DNA of 64,000 nucleotides from Trueperaceae bacterium. Lineage in GTDB: Bacteria; Deinococcota; Deinococci; Deinococcales; Trueperaceae. Numbering within the stretch: position 1 is the first letter of the stretch; each line of letters begins with the position of its first letter. Positions 1-10,716 of the stretch are shown here, piece by piece. The DNA is taken from NCBI GenBank assembly GCA_035703635.1, contig DASSXV010000021.1, positions 9,620 through 73,619 on the forward strand. The letters are read 5' to 3'. The notes under the pieces were generated by a model. The model had not been told where the DNA came from, did not search any database, and was given only the letters and a program-made list of their open reading frames with translations. The position numbers and the translations under genes are program-made.

Positions 1-1
1 C

Positions 2-205
2 TCGGCGACCCCCAGCTCGACCGAGGTGCTCACCGAGTTCTCCGTCGACGGCGTCAACTTCTCGGAACCGCCCGTCCTCGTCGGGCCAACCTCCGACCGC
101 CGCGTGGCCGAGCCAACCGAGTACACGATGATCCGCTGGACGCTCCTCATACCCATGGAACCGGGCCAGGAAGAGCCGTTCTACTACCGCGTGGTCCTCA
201 AGTGA
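2..205 (+). CDS. 3' end of a hypothetical protein (DUF11/Ig-like C-terminus); truncated by the window start
   Basis: Open frame SATPSSTEVLTEFSVDGVNFSEPP...AEPTEYTMIRWTLL...FYYRVVLK, with TGA at 203-205. Confidence 0.6.
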   Translation, partial: SATPSSTEVLTEFSVDGVNFSEPPVLVGPTSDRRVAEPTEYTMIRWTLLIPMEPGQEEPFYYRVVLK

Positions 206-218
206 GCGATCGCCAGGC

Positions 219-2177
219 CTAGGACTTACCGGCGCGCTCCTGGTACTGCAGCTCGTAAAGCTTGCGGTAGTAGCCCTCCACCTTCAACAGCTGGAAGTGA
301 TTACCTTCCTCGATCAACCGTCCCTTACGCATGACCATGATCCGGTCGACGTCCTGGATGGTGGAGAGGCGGTGCGCGATGATGATGCTCGTCCGGCCCT
401 GCATCAGCTTCTTGAGGGCGTCCTGGATGAGTTCTTCGGTCTCCGTGTCGACGTTGGCGGTAGCCTCATCAAGCACGAGCAGGATGTCTGGGTTCTGCAC
501 CAACGCCCTGGCGAACGCTATCAGTTGCTTCTGACCCGTCGAGAAGCCAGCGCCGCGCTCGAGTACCGGAGTGTCGTAACCCTCGGGCAGCTTGGAGATG
601 AAGCCGTGGGCGTTGACGAAACGCGCGGCCTCCTCCACCTGCTCCTGCGGCACGCTGTCGTCACCGAGGGTGATGTTGCTGCGCACGGTGCCTGAGAAGA
701 GGAACGGGTCTTGCAGCACGATGCCGACGTGGCGCCGCAACTGCACTTGGTCGTAGTCCTTGACGTCTACCCCGTCGATGCTCACGCGTCCGCGCTGCAC
801 GTCGTAGAAGCGGCTGACGAGGCTGATGATGGTCGTCTTGCCTGCGCCGGTGTGCCCGACGAAAGCGACTGACTCACCAGGGGCGATCGTGAAGTCGACG
901 CCGCGCAGCACCCAGTCCTCGTCGTCGTAAGCGAACCACACGTCGTCGAACTTGACTTCGCCGCGGAAAGGCTGCTCGAAGCGCAGGGCGTCCGGCTTGT
1001 CTGCGACCTGTTCCGGGGTGTCGAGGAGGCCGAAGATGCGCTCGCTTGACGCCATGGCCGCCTGGATGATGTTGAACTTGTCAGACAGGTCCTGCAACGG
1101 CCTGAAGAACATGCCGGAGTACTGGATGTACGCCACTAGCACGCCGATGGTCACGAACGACTCAACCCCAGGTATGAGCTTGGTGCCCGCGTAGTACAGG
1201 ATCAGGGCCGTCGAGATGGCGCTCATGATGCCAACGGTCGGGAAGAAGAGGCTGAACCAGCGCACCTGCTCGTTGTTGGCGTCGAGGAGTTCGAGGTTCA
1301 CCTCGTCGAAGCGCCGCGCATTACGCGCCTCACGGTTGAACACCTGCACGGTCTTCATTCCGCTGAGGTTCTCGGCCAAGTAGGCGTTGGAGCGCGAGGT
1401 GCGCAACCGCACGGCGCGGTAAGCCATGCGAATGCGGCGGCGCAGCAGGTTGAGGAGCAGGAACAGCGGCGGCATGACGATCAGGGTGATGAGCGCCATG
1501 CGCCAGTTGATGGTGAACATGTAGAAGAGCAGACCGGCCATGAGGCCGACGTCCGCGATCAGGCCAACGACGCCGTCCGTCATCATCTGCTGGATGGCGT
1601 CGACGTCGCTAGTAATGCGGGTGATGAGGCGACCGACCGGCGTGCGGTCGAAGAAGCCCATGTGCAGCCGCTGGATCTTGGTGAACATCTCGCGCCTGAC
1701 GTCGAAGATGATGCGTTGCCCAAGCCACGAGATGAGGTAGGTGTAACCGTAACGCAGGACGAAACTGCCGAGGCGCAAGCTCATGTAGAGGATGACGACC
1801 ATCCAAAGCCCCTGCAGGCGCGCGTCCATGGTCAGGCTGGCGAACGGTTCGGCGCTCGCGATGATGTAGTTATCGAGCGCGCGGGCGAGGAGGGTCGGGA
1901 AGATCGGCGCCAAGGCGCTGTTGAGCAGCAGCAACCCCACCCCGAGAACCAGCTGTAGGCGGTAAGGCCTGAGGTAGCGCAGCAGCCTGAGCATGATGCC
2001 CTGGTCGTACGCTTTCTCGAACGCCTCCCCGTCCTCGTCGCGAACGCTCTCGGCGCGCATGATGCGGCGGCGCTCGCGGCTGCGGGTGCGGTAGGCGTCT
2101 TTGGCTTCCTTGACGGAGTAGTCAGGTATGTCGGTGTCCAGCAGGTCGCGCGGGCGGCGGTCGGCAGAAGTGATCAC
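219..2177 (-). CDS. tmrA: ABC exporter, fused TMD+NBD, TmrA-like subunit
   Basis: TM domain; Walker A GHTGAGKT; degenerate signature FSTGQ; Walker B PDILLVLDEAT; IIIAHRLST; start overlaps the partner's stop. Confidence 0.85.
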   Translation of the reverse strand: MITSADRRPRDLLDTDIPDYSVKEAKDAYRTRSRERRRIMRAESVRDEDGEAFEKAYDQGIMLRLLRYLRPYRLQLVLGVGLLLLNSALAPIFPTLLARALDNYIIASAEPFASLTMDARLQGLWMVVILYMSLRLGSFVLRYGYTYLISWLGQRIIFDVRREMFTKIQRLHMGFFDRTPVGRLITRITSDVDAIQQMMTDGVVGLIADVGLMAGLLFYMFTINWRMALITLIVMPPLFLLLNLLRRRIRMAYRAVRLRTSRSNAYLAENLSGMKTVQVFNREARNARRFDEVNLELLDANNEQVRWFSLFFPTVGIMSAISTALILYYAGTKLIPGVESFVTIGVLVAYIQYSGMFFRPLQDLSDKFNIIQAAMASSERIFGLLDTPEQVADKPDALRFEQPFRGEVKFDDVWFAYDDEDWVLRGVDFTIAPGESVAFVGHTGAGKTTIISLVSRFYDVQRGRVSIDGVDVKDYDQVQLRRHVGIVLQDPFLFSGTVRSNITLGDDSVPQEQVEEAARFVNAHGFISKLPEGYDTPVLERGAGFSTGQKQLIAFARALVQNPDILLVLDEATANVDTETEELIQDALKKLMQGRTSIIIAHRLSTIQDVDRIMVMRKGRLIEEGNHFQLLKVEGYYRKLYELQYQERAGKS

Positions 2178-3937
2178 GCGACCTCCAGGTCGGACTCGAG
2201 CTGTTGCCTGCGGTCCATGTCTGCGTACCAGCCGCCGAGCTCGAGGAGCTCCTCGTGAGTGCCCTGCTCGGCAACGCGGCCGTCCTCGAGAACTAGCACG
2301 CGGTGAGCGTTCTGGAAGGCGCTTATCCGGTGCGCCACGATCAGGGTGGTGCGGCCGACCTGCGCCTCGGCGAGGCCAGCGAGGATGCGCGCCTCCGTCT
2401 GCGTGTCGACGGCCGAGAGCGCGTCGTCGAACATCAGGATGGCCGGCTCGCGCACGAGCGCCCTGGCGATGGCCGTGCGCTGACGCTGGCCGCCGGAGAG
2501 CGTGACGCCGCGCTCGCCAAGGCGCGTGTTGAAGCCTTGCGGGAAGTCTGCGACGTCCTCTGCGAGTTGCGCTAGCTCAGCGGCGCGCAGCACCAGCGGC
2601 TCGAGCACCTCGGCTGGGGCTTCGGGTAAGCCGTAGGCGATGTTGTCGGCGATGGTGTCAGAGAAGAGGAACGGCTCCTGTGGCACGAGACCGATGAAGC
2701 GCCGCAGCACCTCGACGGGGAAGAGCTTGTGATCGATGCCGTCGATGAGGATCTGCCCCTCGTCCGGATCCATGACGCGCGCGATGAGGTTGACGATGAG
2801 CGTCTTGCCCGCGCCGGTGCGGCCGGTGATTCCCACGGCCTCGCCCTCTTCGATCGCGAAGCTGACGCGGTCAAGTGCCTTCACGCCGTCGAACGTGACA
2901 GAAACGTCCTTGAACTCGATGTGGCCCTTGACGCTGCGCAACTCGTAGTTCGTGTGAGGACCATCGGCCACCTTCGGCACCGAGGTGAGGATCTCGTTCA
3001 ACCGGCCCCACGAAGTAGTGCCGCGCTGCACCAGGCTGCCGATCCAGCCAAGTGAGATCATTGGCCACTGGATGCCCTCGTAGAGGAACACGAAGCTCGA
3101 GAACTCGCCGACGGACAGGTTCCCGCCGATGCCGAGAACGAGCCGGCCGCCGATGAGGAGCAGGAGCGACATCGTGACGCCGAAGAGGAACTCCATCATG
3201 GGGAAGAGCGGACCGTCGACGCGCGTTAGCGCCAAGTTGCGCTTGACGAACTCGTCGTTCAGTCGCCCGAAGGTGCTGACCTCGCGGTCCTCGATCCCGA
3301 AGCCCTTGACCACTCTTATGCCCGAGAAGTTCTCCTGCGCCATGGAGGAGACGTCGGAGAACTGCTCCTGGACGTACTTGTAACGGCGGTGCACCACGCG
3401 GAGGAGGAGGTAGAACGTCAGGGAAATGAGCGGCGCGGTGGTCAAGGTGATCAGCGAGAGCTGAGGGCTGAGGCTGAACATGCGGTAGAACGTGAAACCG
3501 AACAGGAAGATGGTGTTGAGGCCCTGGAAGGTGGCGACGCCGGCCAGCATGCGCACGGCGCCGAGGTCGGCCGTTAGGCGCGCCATGAGGTCGCCGACCC
3601 TGGTGCGGTCGAAGTAGCCGCCGTCTAGCCGCGTGAAGTGCTTGAAGATGGCGTGGCGGATGTCGAACTGAACTTCCCAGCTGGCGTGGAGGAACACGCG
3701 CCTTACGAACACCATCGCGAACCCGGCCACGGCCATCACGCCGACGAGCGCTGCGACGTACAGCCACAGCTTGCCGTAGGTCATCGTCTGATTACGGAAC
3801 TCGTCGATGGCCCGGCCCGGAATGATGGGGGTCAGGGTCGAGAAGAAGCCGTTGATGACGATGAGAAGCATTCCCAACGCCAACTTCCAACGGTGGTGGC
3901 GCAGGTAGGGCATCAGGTCACGGAAGGTCTTTAACAC
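2174..3937 (-). CDS. tmrB: ABC exporter, fused TMD+NBD, TmrB-like subunit
   Basis: Walker A GRTGAGKT; LSGGQ; non-canonical Walker B ILMFDD; RVGDLMARLTADL; GGAG SD upstream of the GTG start. Confidence 0.85.
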   Translation of the reverse strand: MLKTFRDLMPYLRHHRWKLALGMLLIVINGFFSTLTPIIPGRAIDEFRNQTMTYGKLWLYVAALVGVMAVAGFAMVFVRRVFLHASWEVQFDIRHAIFKHFTRLDGGYFDRTRVGDLMARLTADLGAVRMLAGVATFQGLNTIFLFGFTFYRMFSLSPQLSLITLTTAPLISLTFYLLLRVVHRRYKYVQEQFSDVSSMAQENFSGIRVVKGFGIEDREVSTFGRLNDEFVKRNLALTRVDGPLFPMMEFLFGVTMSLLLLIGGRLVLGIGGNLSVGEFSSFVFLYEGIQWPMISLGWIGSLVQRGTTSWGRLNEILTSVPKVADGPHTNYELRSVKGHIEFKDVSVTFDGVKALDRVSFAIEEGEAVGITGRTGAGKTLIVNLIARVMDPDEGQILIDGIDHKLFPVEVLRRFIGLVPQEPFLFSDTIADNIAYGLPEAPAEVLEPLVLRAAELAQLAEDVADFPQGFNTRLGERGVTLSGGQRQRTAIARALVREPAILMFDDALSAVDTQTEARILAGLAEAQVGRTTLIVAHRISAFQNAHRVLVLEDGRVAEQGTHEELLELGGWYADMDRRQQLESDLEVA

Positions 3938-4096
3938 TCGACTCCTAGGCGGCAGCGGGGCGCCCGGCGCTAACGCAGGTCGCCAGGTAGTGGCTCCGTA
4001 GGGCGCGCGGGGCGGGGAGGCTGGTTCGGCGGCGATAGCCCTTCATAGGCAAACGCCGAAAATGCTAGCGGCAACTATACCTGCTAGTCAGAACAG

Positions 4097-5827
4097 TCAT
4101 GGTACCAGCAGCGGCTCACCGTATGGAACCCCGCCGATGAGCAACTCGAAGGTCACGGGGCCAGCCGTTACGGTCGTCCAGGAGCCGCGCAGGACCTCGC
4201 CGCCTCGGACGGTGACCATCCCAACGAGCTGCCTGTTGCCCTCCAGATCGGACGCCCACACGGCGCCCTGCTGCGTGCGGATGCCGGGCTGGATGGTCCA
4301 GGCGTACGCCACGCTCCGCAAGCTCGGTTGGCGCACCACCGCCCACACGCCGTCGGCCGTGAGAGGGATGGGGTGCGCGTTGACGGTGAGTACTAGCGTC
4401 GCGCCATCACCCGCCGCGCCAGCGCCCGGCTGCGGTTCCTGGGCGACGACGCCAGCTGGCAGGCCGGGGTTGCCTAACGTAACGACCTGTAGGTCCCAAC
4501 CAGCCGCCACCTCGCGGGCGCGCGCCAACGGCAGGCCAACCACGTCAGGCGCGCCGCCGCCAGTCACTGGGTTGGCCGGCTCGCCGCCCTGGATCACGAG
4601 GCGCAACACGGCAGCGTCACGCGGCACGGCAACGTACGGCGCCAGCGACTGATCGATGACGGTGCCGCGGGCGCCGGTCGCCGAGACGATCTCGTCCACG
4701 AACACGCGGTCGGGAGTGATGCCAGCAACGAGGGCGATGGCGGTCGCAGAGTTTACGTCGAGGCCGACGAGGTCAGGAACGAACGTTTGGGGAGGCTGCG
4801 GCCCGAGGCTGACGAGCACCGCCACCGGGTTACCGCTGCCCGTCTGGCTGCCAGCGTCGAGGTCCTGCGCCAACACCACGCCAGCCGGACTAGCAGCGTG
4901 CAAGCGCGCCACCTCACCGAGGCGCAAGCCTGCCCCCTCGAGCGCGTTACGAACCTCGTCAGGGTAGGAGAGGCCAACGAGGGCAGGCACGGCCGTTGGC
5001 GCCAACTCGCCGGGGGGCAGCGCGTAGCGCAACTCCACGGTGCGTCCTGGCCGGAGGTTAGTGCCGACGGTCGGCTCGACGGCGATCACTGTGCCTGGCG
5101 CTTCTTCCGACATGAGGGGAGTGGCGTTCACGCCAAGTCCTAGCTCGATGAGGGCCTTCGCCGCGGCTTGAGCGTCCTGTCCGAGTATGGCGGGCACGGT
5201 GACGACGGTGTCTACTCGCGCCGACCAGAACCCAGCAAGCGTGATCACGACCGCGAGCAGGCCGACAAGCAGCGCCAAGCCCCACGAGATGGCCCGCTGC
5301 GGCAAGCGGCCGATGTACTCGGCCCCACGTAGCAGCGGCGGTTGCTGCTGGCGCAGTGGACGCTCGCGCTCAGCGCTCCCCTGGTGCCGTGGTGGTTGAC
5401 TCTCCTCGCGCTCGACTGTCCGCCTGGCGCCGAACGTCAGGCCGTAAAGCAAGACTTTGGGTGGGCGGGTCGACAGCCGGCGAGCGTCGTAGGCCTGGCG
5501 TCCGTAGCCTGCGCTCCGCAGGGCCTCAGCCAGGTCGGTGGGCAGGGCGCCGTCCAGCACGGGCGTCGCGCCGGCGGGTGGCCGTTCCCATGCCACGTAA
5601 TGAGCGCCGGGGCGGGCGATGACGTCGTGAACAGCCGCTAGGCCGGCCCTCTTGAGGTGACGCAGTTGGCGGCGGTAGTCCTCGAACGGGCCTTCTTGGT
5701 CGGCCGCTAGGTCGAACCACTCGATGCGCAACGGCGCCCCGTCCGGCGCCGTCGCCTCGAAGAGAGTGAGGCCATCGTCCAGCGCGCGCTGAGCGATGAC
5801 CTCATACCTACCGTCTAGTAACGACAT
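4097..5827 (-). CDS. PASTA-domain membrane protein with a degenerate kinase-like N-terminus
   Basis: One TM helix then four PASTA-like repeats (VPAILG, VPALVG, VPDLVG, APDVVG); N-terminus LLDGRYEVI. Confidence 0.8.
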   Translation of the reverse strand: MSLLDGRYEVIAQRALDDGLTLFEATAPDGAPLRIEWFDLAADQEGPFEDYRRQLRHLKRAGLAAVHDVIARPGAHYVAWERPPAGATPVLDGALPTDLAEALRSAGYGRQAYDARRLSTRPPKVLLYGLTFGARRTVEREESQPPRHQGSAERERPLRQQQPPLLRGAEYIGRLPQRAISWGLALLVGLLAVVITLAGFWSARVDTVVTVPAILGQDAQAAAKALIELGLGVNATPLMSEEAPGTVIAVEPTVGTNLRPGRTVELRYALPPGELAPTAVPALVGLSYPDEVRNALEGAGLRLGEVARLHAASPAGVVLAQDLDAGSQTGSGNPVAVLVSLGPQPPQTFVPDLVGLDVNSATAIALVAGITPDRVFVDEIVSATGARGTVIDQSLAPYVAVPRDAAVLRLVIQGGEPANPVTGGGAPDVVGLPLARAREVAAGWDLQVVTLGNPGLPAGVVAQEPQPGAGAAGDGATLVLTVNAHPIPLTADGVWAVVRQPSLRSVAYAWTIQPGIRTQQGAVWASDLEGNRQLVGMVTVRGGEVLRGSWTTVTAGPVTFELLIGGVPYGEPLLVP

Positions 5828-5882
5828 CCAACCCCGGTCGCTAGCAGCCAGGGGCCGCTAAGACCCCTTGAGCGCGAGTGGC

Positions 5883-7895
5883 TTAGTCGCCGGACTCGCC
5901 GGCGGGACGCGCCTCTGGTCGCGGTTCGATGGGGGGTCGACCGCTCGCGTCAGTTGCCTTGCGGCGGCGTTCCTCCTCTGCGGCGCGGCGTTCGCGCTCC
6001 TCGGCGGCCTGAGCGCGGCGCTCAGATTCGGCGGCAGTAGAGACGATCCAGTCCGTGATCTCTTCCGCCGACTTGCCTTCCTGCGCCAGTTCTTGCGCGC
6101 GGTGGATGAGCTTGCCGTCGAGCGTCTCGCGCTTCAGCAGCGCGGCGGCCACGGCTTCGACGGAGACCCAGTTGGACTCGATCAATGCCTCGGAATCGCG
6201 GTAGGCGGCCTCCAGGATGCCGGAGACCTCCTCCTCGACTTGCCTTGCCGTCTCTTCAGAGAAGTCCTTGCGACGCGAGATCTCACCGCCAAGGAAGATC
6301 GGCCCCTGGTCGGAGCCCCAGGCCACGAACTCTTGCGAGCCCATGCCGAGGTCGAGGACCATCTGCTTGGCCATCTCCGTGGCCTGCTTGAGGTCGTTGC
6401 TCGCGCCGGACGAGATGGTGCCGGTGGCGCGCTTCTCGGACTGGCGACCTGCGAAGGCCACCACCAACTGCGCCTTGAAGCGCCGCACGTTGTAGAACAT
6501 CTCTTCTTTGGAGAGCGGCGCCATGAAGCCACCAGCTCCACCGCGCGGCATGATCGTCACCTTGCGGATGTCGCCCAGTTCGGGCTGCGCGGCGTACGCG
6601 ACGGCGTGCCCGGCTTCGTGGAACGCGAGGATGCGGCGCTCCTCCTCTGACGGGACGAGGCTGCCGCGCCGTAAGCCCAACGTGATGCGGTCGAGCGCCT
6701 CGTTGAAGTCGACCCACGTGATGACCTGCTTGTCGTTGCGCGCGGCGATGAGCGCGGCTTCGTTGGTGAGGTTCTCGAGGTCTGCGCCGGAGAAGGCGGG
6801 GGTGGCCTCCGCGAGGCGCCGCAAGCTGACGTCGTCAGTGACTGGCTTGTTGCGCACGTGAACCTTGAGGATCTCCTCGCGCTCCGTCATGGTCGGCAAA
6901 CCGATGGTGACCTGGCGGTCGAAGCGCCCCGGCCGCAAGAGCGCGGGGTCGAGGATGTCTGGGCGGTTGGTGGCGGCGATGATGATGACGGACGTGTCCT
7001 TCTCGAAACCGTCCATCTCGCTGAGGATCTGGTTGAGGGTCTGCTCGCGTTCGTCGTGCCCGCCGCCGATGCCCGCCCCGCGCCGCCGCCCGATGGAGTC
7101 GAGCTCGTCGATGAAGATGATGGATGGGGCGGATTTGCGGGCCTCCTCGAAGAGGCTACGCACGCGGCTAGCGCCGACGCCGACGAACATCTCCATGAAC
7201 TCGGAAGCAGAGACCGTGAGGAACGGCACGCCAGCCTCGCCGGCAACGGCGCGCGCCAGCAGCGTCTTGCCCGTCCCCGGAGGTCCGACTAGCAGCACGC
7301 CCTTAGGGATCTCGGCGCCGATACGCAAGTACTTCTGGGGCGTCTTGAGGAAGTCGACGACCTCGATGAGCTCCTGCTTGGCCTCTTTGTGCCCGGCGAC
7401 GTCGTTGAAGGTCGTGTTGACCTTGTTCTCGCGCCCGAAAGTCTTGGCGCGCGACTGGCCGAACTGCATGACCTGGTTCGGACCTCCCTGCGAGCGCATG
7501 AGGAAGAACCAGAAGAAGCCGATAAGCAACGCGATCGGCAGGATAGAACCCAGCAATATTCCGAGCCACTGCGGCGGGTTGCGGATGGTGACGCTAGGAA
7601 CGTCGGTGCGCAACTCGGTGAGTAGCGAGTCCGTGAGGATGGTGGTCGTACGGAAAGAGCGGATGGTTTGAGGTTCGCCGTTGATGACGACCTGCGACTC
7701 ACTGCCTAGTTCGCCAGTGATGACACCGCTGTTGCGGTCGATGGTGACGGACGAAACCTTGCCCTTATCGACTAGTTCCGTGAAGGTGGAATAGTTGATC
7801 TCGCGGCTTCCCGAGCCAGAATTGAACTGGTTGAATACGAAGATGCCCAATATGAGGAGCATCACGACCAGCCAGGGGTTAAACGAACGTTTCAA
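5883..7895 (-). CDS. ftsH: ATP-dependent zinc metalloprotease FtsH
   Basis: 2 TMs; [30 protein letters not shown] start at 7895 preceded by GGAGG. Confidence 0.97.
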   Translation of the reverse strand: MKRSFNPWLVVMLLILGIFVFNQFNSGSGSREINYSTFTELVDKGKVSSVTIDRNSGVITGELGSESQVVINGEPQTIRSFRTTTILTDSLLTELRTDVPSVTIRNPPQWLGILLGSILPIALLIGFFWFFLMRSQGGPNQVMQFGQSRAKTFGRENKVNTTFNDVAGHKEAKQELIEVVDFLKTPQKYLRIGAEIPKGVLLVGPPGTGKTLLARAVAGEAGVPFLTVSASEFMEMFVGVGASRVRSLFEEARKSAPSIIFIDELDSIGRRRGAGIGGGHDEREQTLNQILSEMDGFEKDTSVIIIAATNRPDILDPALLRPGRFDRQVTIGLPTMTEREEILKVHVRNKPVTDDVSLRRLAEATPAFSGADLENLTNEAALIAARNDKQVITWVDFNEALDRITLGLRRGSLVPSEEERRILAFHEAGHAVAYAAQPELGDIRKVTIMPRGGAGGFMAPLSKEEMFYNVRRFKAQLVVAFAGRQSEKRATGTISSGASNDLKQATEMAKQMVLDLGMGSQEFVAWGSDQGPIFLGGEISRRKDFSEETARQVEEEVSGILEAAYRDSEALIESNWVSVEAVAAALLKRETLDGKLIHRAQELAQEGKSAEEITDWIVSTAAESERRAQAAEERERRAAEEERRRKATDASGRPPIEPRPEARPAGESGD

Positions 7896-8094
7896 CGAAA
7901 GCCTCCAGGGTCTGGGTACCTCAATCGGCCGCGGGTGGCAAGGCTGCGGGCGCGACCGCGGGGCTCCGCGGACCAATGGTAAGAGCGTAGCACCGGACCA
8001 TGAGCCAACACTGTACCGGGGCGTCAGTTCCCTTCGGGAACCTTAACGTCCGGAGCGCGCTGGCGACGTTAGTGCGCCTACGAGACGGCGCCCG

Positions 8095-9348
8095 TCACAA
8101 GAACTTGAAGCCCTTCGGCACGGTAACGAGGCCGCCGTCTGCCACGATGAGGCCTCGCGCGCGGTCCTTGTCCAGGTCCACGCCCAGTGTTTCGCCGTCA
8201 GGCACGACGACGTTCTTGTCGATGATGGCGTTCTTGACAACCGCGTGGCGGCCGACGGTCACATTGTCGAACAGCACGCTGTTCTCGACAGTGGCGTACG
8301 AGTTGACGCGCACGCGGCGGAACGCCACCGTGTGCCTCAACGTGGCGCCAGAGATGATCACGCCCCCGGCGAGGAGCGAGTTGAACGCCTGACCGCGGCG
8401 CCCTTCCTCCTCGTGAACGAACTTGGCTGGGGCGGAGAACTCCGCGGAGGTGCGCAGCGGCCACTCCTCGTTGTAAAGGTCGAACTCTGGCTTGACGGCT
8501 ACTAGGTCCATGTTGGCTTCCCAGTAGCTCTCGAGGGTTCCGACGTCGCGCCAGTACGTGTTCGGCCCGACCTGCCCGCGGATTGGGTTGCGGGCGAAGT
8601 CGTACGCGAAGAGCCGCTTGCCGTCGTCGAGCGCCCGCGGCAGCACGTCCTTCCCGAAATCGTGGTCCGAGTCCAGCATCTTGGCGTCGTCCTGGAGCAT
8701 CTGCATGAGCGCGTCGACGGTGAAGACGTAGTTGCCCATGCTCGCGAGGCAGTGCGTCGGGCGCCCAGGCATCGGTTTCGGGGCCTCCGGCTTCTCGTTG
8801 AACTCCGTGATTCGCCAATCGTCGGCTACCTGCAGCACGCCGAAGCGCCTGCCCTCCTCGACTGGGGTCGGGTAGGCGGCGATCGTCACGTCGGCAGCGT
8901 TGTCGAGGTGGTACTCGATCATGTGGCCGATGTCCATCTTGTAGATGTGGTCGCCAGAGAAGATGGCCACCAGGTCGGCGCGGTTGTTGTCGATCAGGTG
9001 GAGGTTCTGATAGATGGCGTCGGCCGTGCCGCGGTACCACTCGGCGCCAAGTTCCTCGTAGAGGTACATCTGCGCGGGCGCCAACGTTATGAAGTGGTCG
9101 TCTAGGAAGGTGCCGAAACGCCAGTGGCGTTGGATGTGTTCCGTCAGGCTCTGCGCCTTGAACTGCGTGAGCACGTAGATGCCGTAGACGCCAGAGTTGA
9201 TCATGTTGTTGAGCGCGAAGTCGATGATGCGGTACTTGGCGCCGAAAGGCACGGCAGGCTTCGTGCGCCGCCACGTTAGGGGGTGAAGGCGCGAACCCTT
9301 GCCACCCGCGAGAACCATCCCGATAACCTTGACCTTGCGGTTGAGCAT
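8095..9348 (-). CDS. glgC: Glucose-1-phosphate adenylyltransferase
   Basis: [42 protein letters not shown] at 9348 with GGAGG. Confidence 0.97.
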   Translation of the reverse strand: MLNRKVKVIGMVLAGGKGSRLHPLTWRRTKPAVPFGAKYRIIDFALNNMINSGVYGIYVLTQFKAQSLTEHIQRHWRFGTFLDDHFITLAPAQMYLYEELGAEWYRGTADAIYQNLHLIDNNRADLVAIFSGDHIYKMDIGHMIEYHLDNAADVTIAAYPTPVEEGRRFGVLQVADDWRITEFNEKPEAPKPMPGRPTHCLASMGNYVFTVDALMQMLQDDAKMLDSDHDFGKDVLPRALDDGKRLFAYDFARNPIRGQVGPNTYWRDVGTLESYWEANMDLVAVKPEFDLYNEEWPLRTSAEFSAPAKFVHEEEGRRGQAFNSLLAGGVIISGATLRHTVAFRRVRVNSYATVENSVLFDNVTVGRHAVVKNAIIDKNVVVPDGETLGVDLDKDRARGLIVADGGLVTVPKGFKFL

Positions 9349-9466
9349 TCGCCCTCCAGACAGGCGCCAATCACTGGCGCGGAAGCGGTGGCCCTCCTGC
9401 AGGGCGCGCGGCCCCTGTCGGCGTGGCTGCATGATAGCCCGGCCTTAGCGCGGTAGCGTGGCTGTC

Positions 9467-10543
9467 ATGCAGGCGCACGAGCCCACGCTCTTCGACCATT
9501 ACATCGCAGACATCCCGCTGCCGGACGGCGAGGCGGCGTTCAGACGCCAACAGCTGGGCAGTTGGGTATACGGTCACGGGGTAACCGACCCGGCGGCCAT
9601 GACGAACTTGCCGCCGCGCCTCCGTGAGTGGCTGACTGCTAACCTCGGCACGCAACCGTTCGTCAAGCACCAACGGTTCCCTTCAGACGACGGCTCGGTG
9701 CGCTACCTGTTCACGCTGCGCGACGGCAAGCAGACGGAGGCCGTCTACATGCCGTACGCCGGTCGCCGCACCGTGTGCATCTCGTCAATGGTCGGCTGCC
9801 CGGCAGGCTGCGCCTTCTGCGCCACAGGCGCGCTCGGTTTCGGGCGCAACCTCACTCGCGGGGAGATCGTGGCGCAACTCGTCGAGGTAGCACGCCACGA
9901 GGGCGTGCCGCCGACGAGCATCCGCAACGTGGTCCTCATGGGCATGGGCGAGGCGCTCCTCAACTACGACAACGCCATCGGCGCCATCCGCAGTTACATC
10001 GACCCGCTCGGGCTCGATATGTCGCCGCGGCGCATCACGCTGTCGACGGTCGGGTTGCCTAACCGCATCCGTAAGCTGATGGGGGAGGGGCTGCCCCTCG
10101 TTCTCGCCGTCTCGTTGCACGCCCCAGACCAGGAGACCAGGCAGCGCATCATTCCAACCGCCCTAGCGCATACGGTGCCAGACATCATTGACGCGTTACG
10201 CGAGTGGCAGTCGACCATCGGCCGCCGCATAACCATCGAATACACGATGCTAGAGGGCGTCAACGACCACGAGTGGCAGGCGGACAAGCTCGCGGAGCTC
10301 GTCAAGGGCCTCACCATCCACGTCAACCTCATCCCCTTCAACCCCTGGACCGACTCAGGTTTCTCCGGCACGCCCCGCGCGCGCCTTAGCGCGTTCCAGC
10401 AACGCTTGGCCGCCAAGGGGGTCAGCGTGTCGGTGCGCTTCAGCCGCGGCAGGGACGCCGGCGCCGCTTGTGGGCAGTTGGCGCTGCAGGGGGCCGACGC
10501 CGCGGCGGTAGCCGATTCCGGGGTCGTGATGCCGCTCGCCTGA
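9467..10543 (+). CDS. rlmN: Radical SAM dual-specificity RNA methyltransferase RlmN
   Basis: CPAGCAFC; MGMGE; SLHAP; AACGQL; ATG 7 nt after TAGCGT (GTG at 9458 is an alternative start). Confidence 0.93.
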   Translation: MQAHEPTLFDHYIADIPLPDGEAAFRRQQLGSWVYGHGVTDPAAMTNLPPRLREWLTANLGTQPFVKHQRFPSDDGSVRYLFTLRDGKQTEAVYMPYAGRRTVCISSMVGCPAGCAFCATGALGFGRNLTRGEIVAQLVEVARHEGVPPTSIRNVVLMGMGEALLNYDNAIGAIRSYIDPLGLDMSPRRITLSTVGLPNRIRKLMGEGLPLVLAVSLHAPDQETRQRIIPTALAHTVPDIIDALREWQSTIGRRITIEYTMLEGVNDHEWQADKLAELVKGLTIHVNLIPFNPWTDSGFSGTPRARLSAFQQRLAAKGVSVSVRFSRGRDAGAACGQLALQGADAAAVADSGVVMPLA

Positions 10544-10551
10544 AGCGTTGC

Positions 10552-10569
10552 TGGTGGATGATTTCACAA
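10552..10569. promoter_or_regulatory. Putative Rex operator
   Basis: TGGTGGA-TGAT-TTCACAA versus consensus TTGTGAA-N4-TTCACAA (2 mismatches); upstream of a TACACT -10 at 10591-10596. Confidence 0.5.
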
Positions 10570-10716
10570 GAACCGCCCACTGGCCCGGTATACACTTGTC
10601 GACAACTCTCGCGTGGCACGGGGTGCCGCTGAGCGAGTCGGCTGCTGGGAAGCTCCAACAGGAGGTCACCACGGACCACCTCTGGCAGCACCGACCACAG
10701 CGATCTGGAGGCAGGC

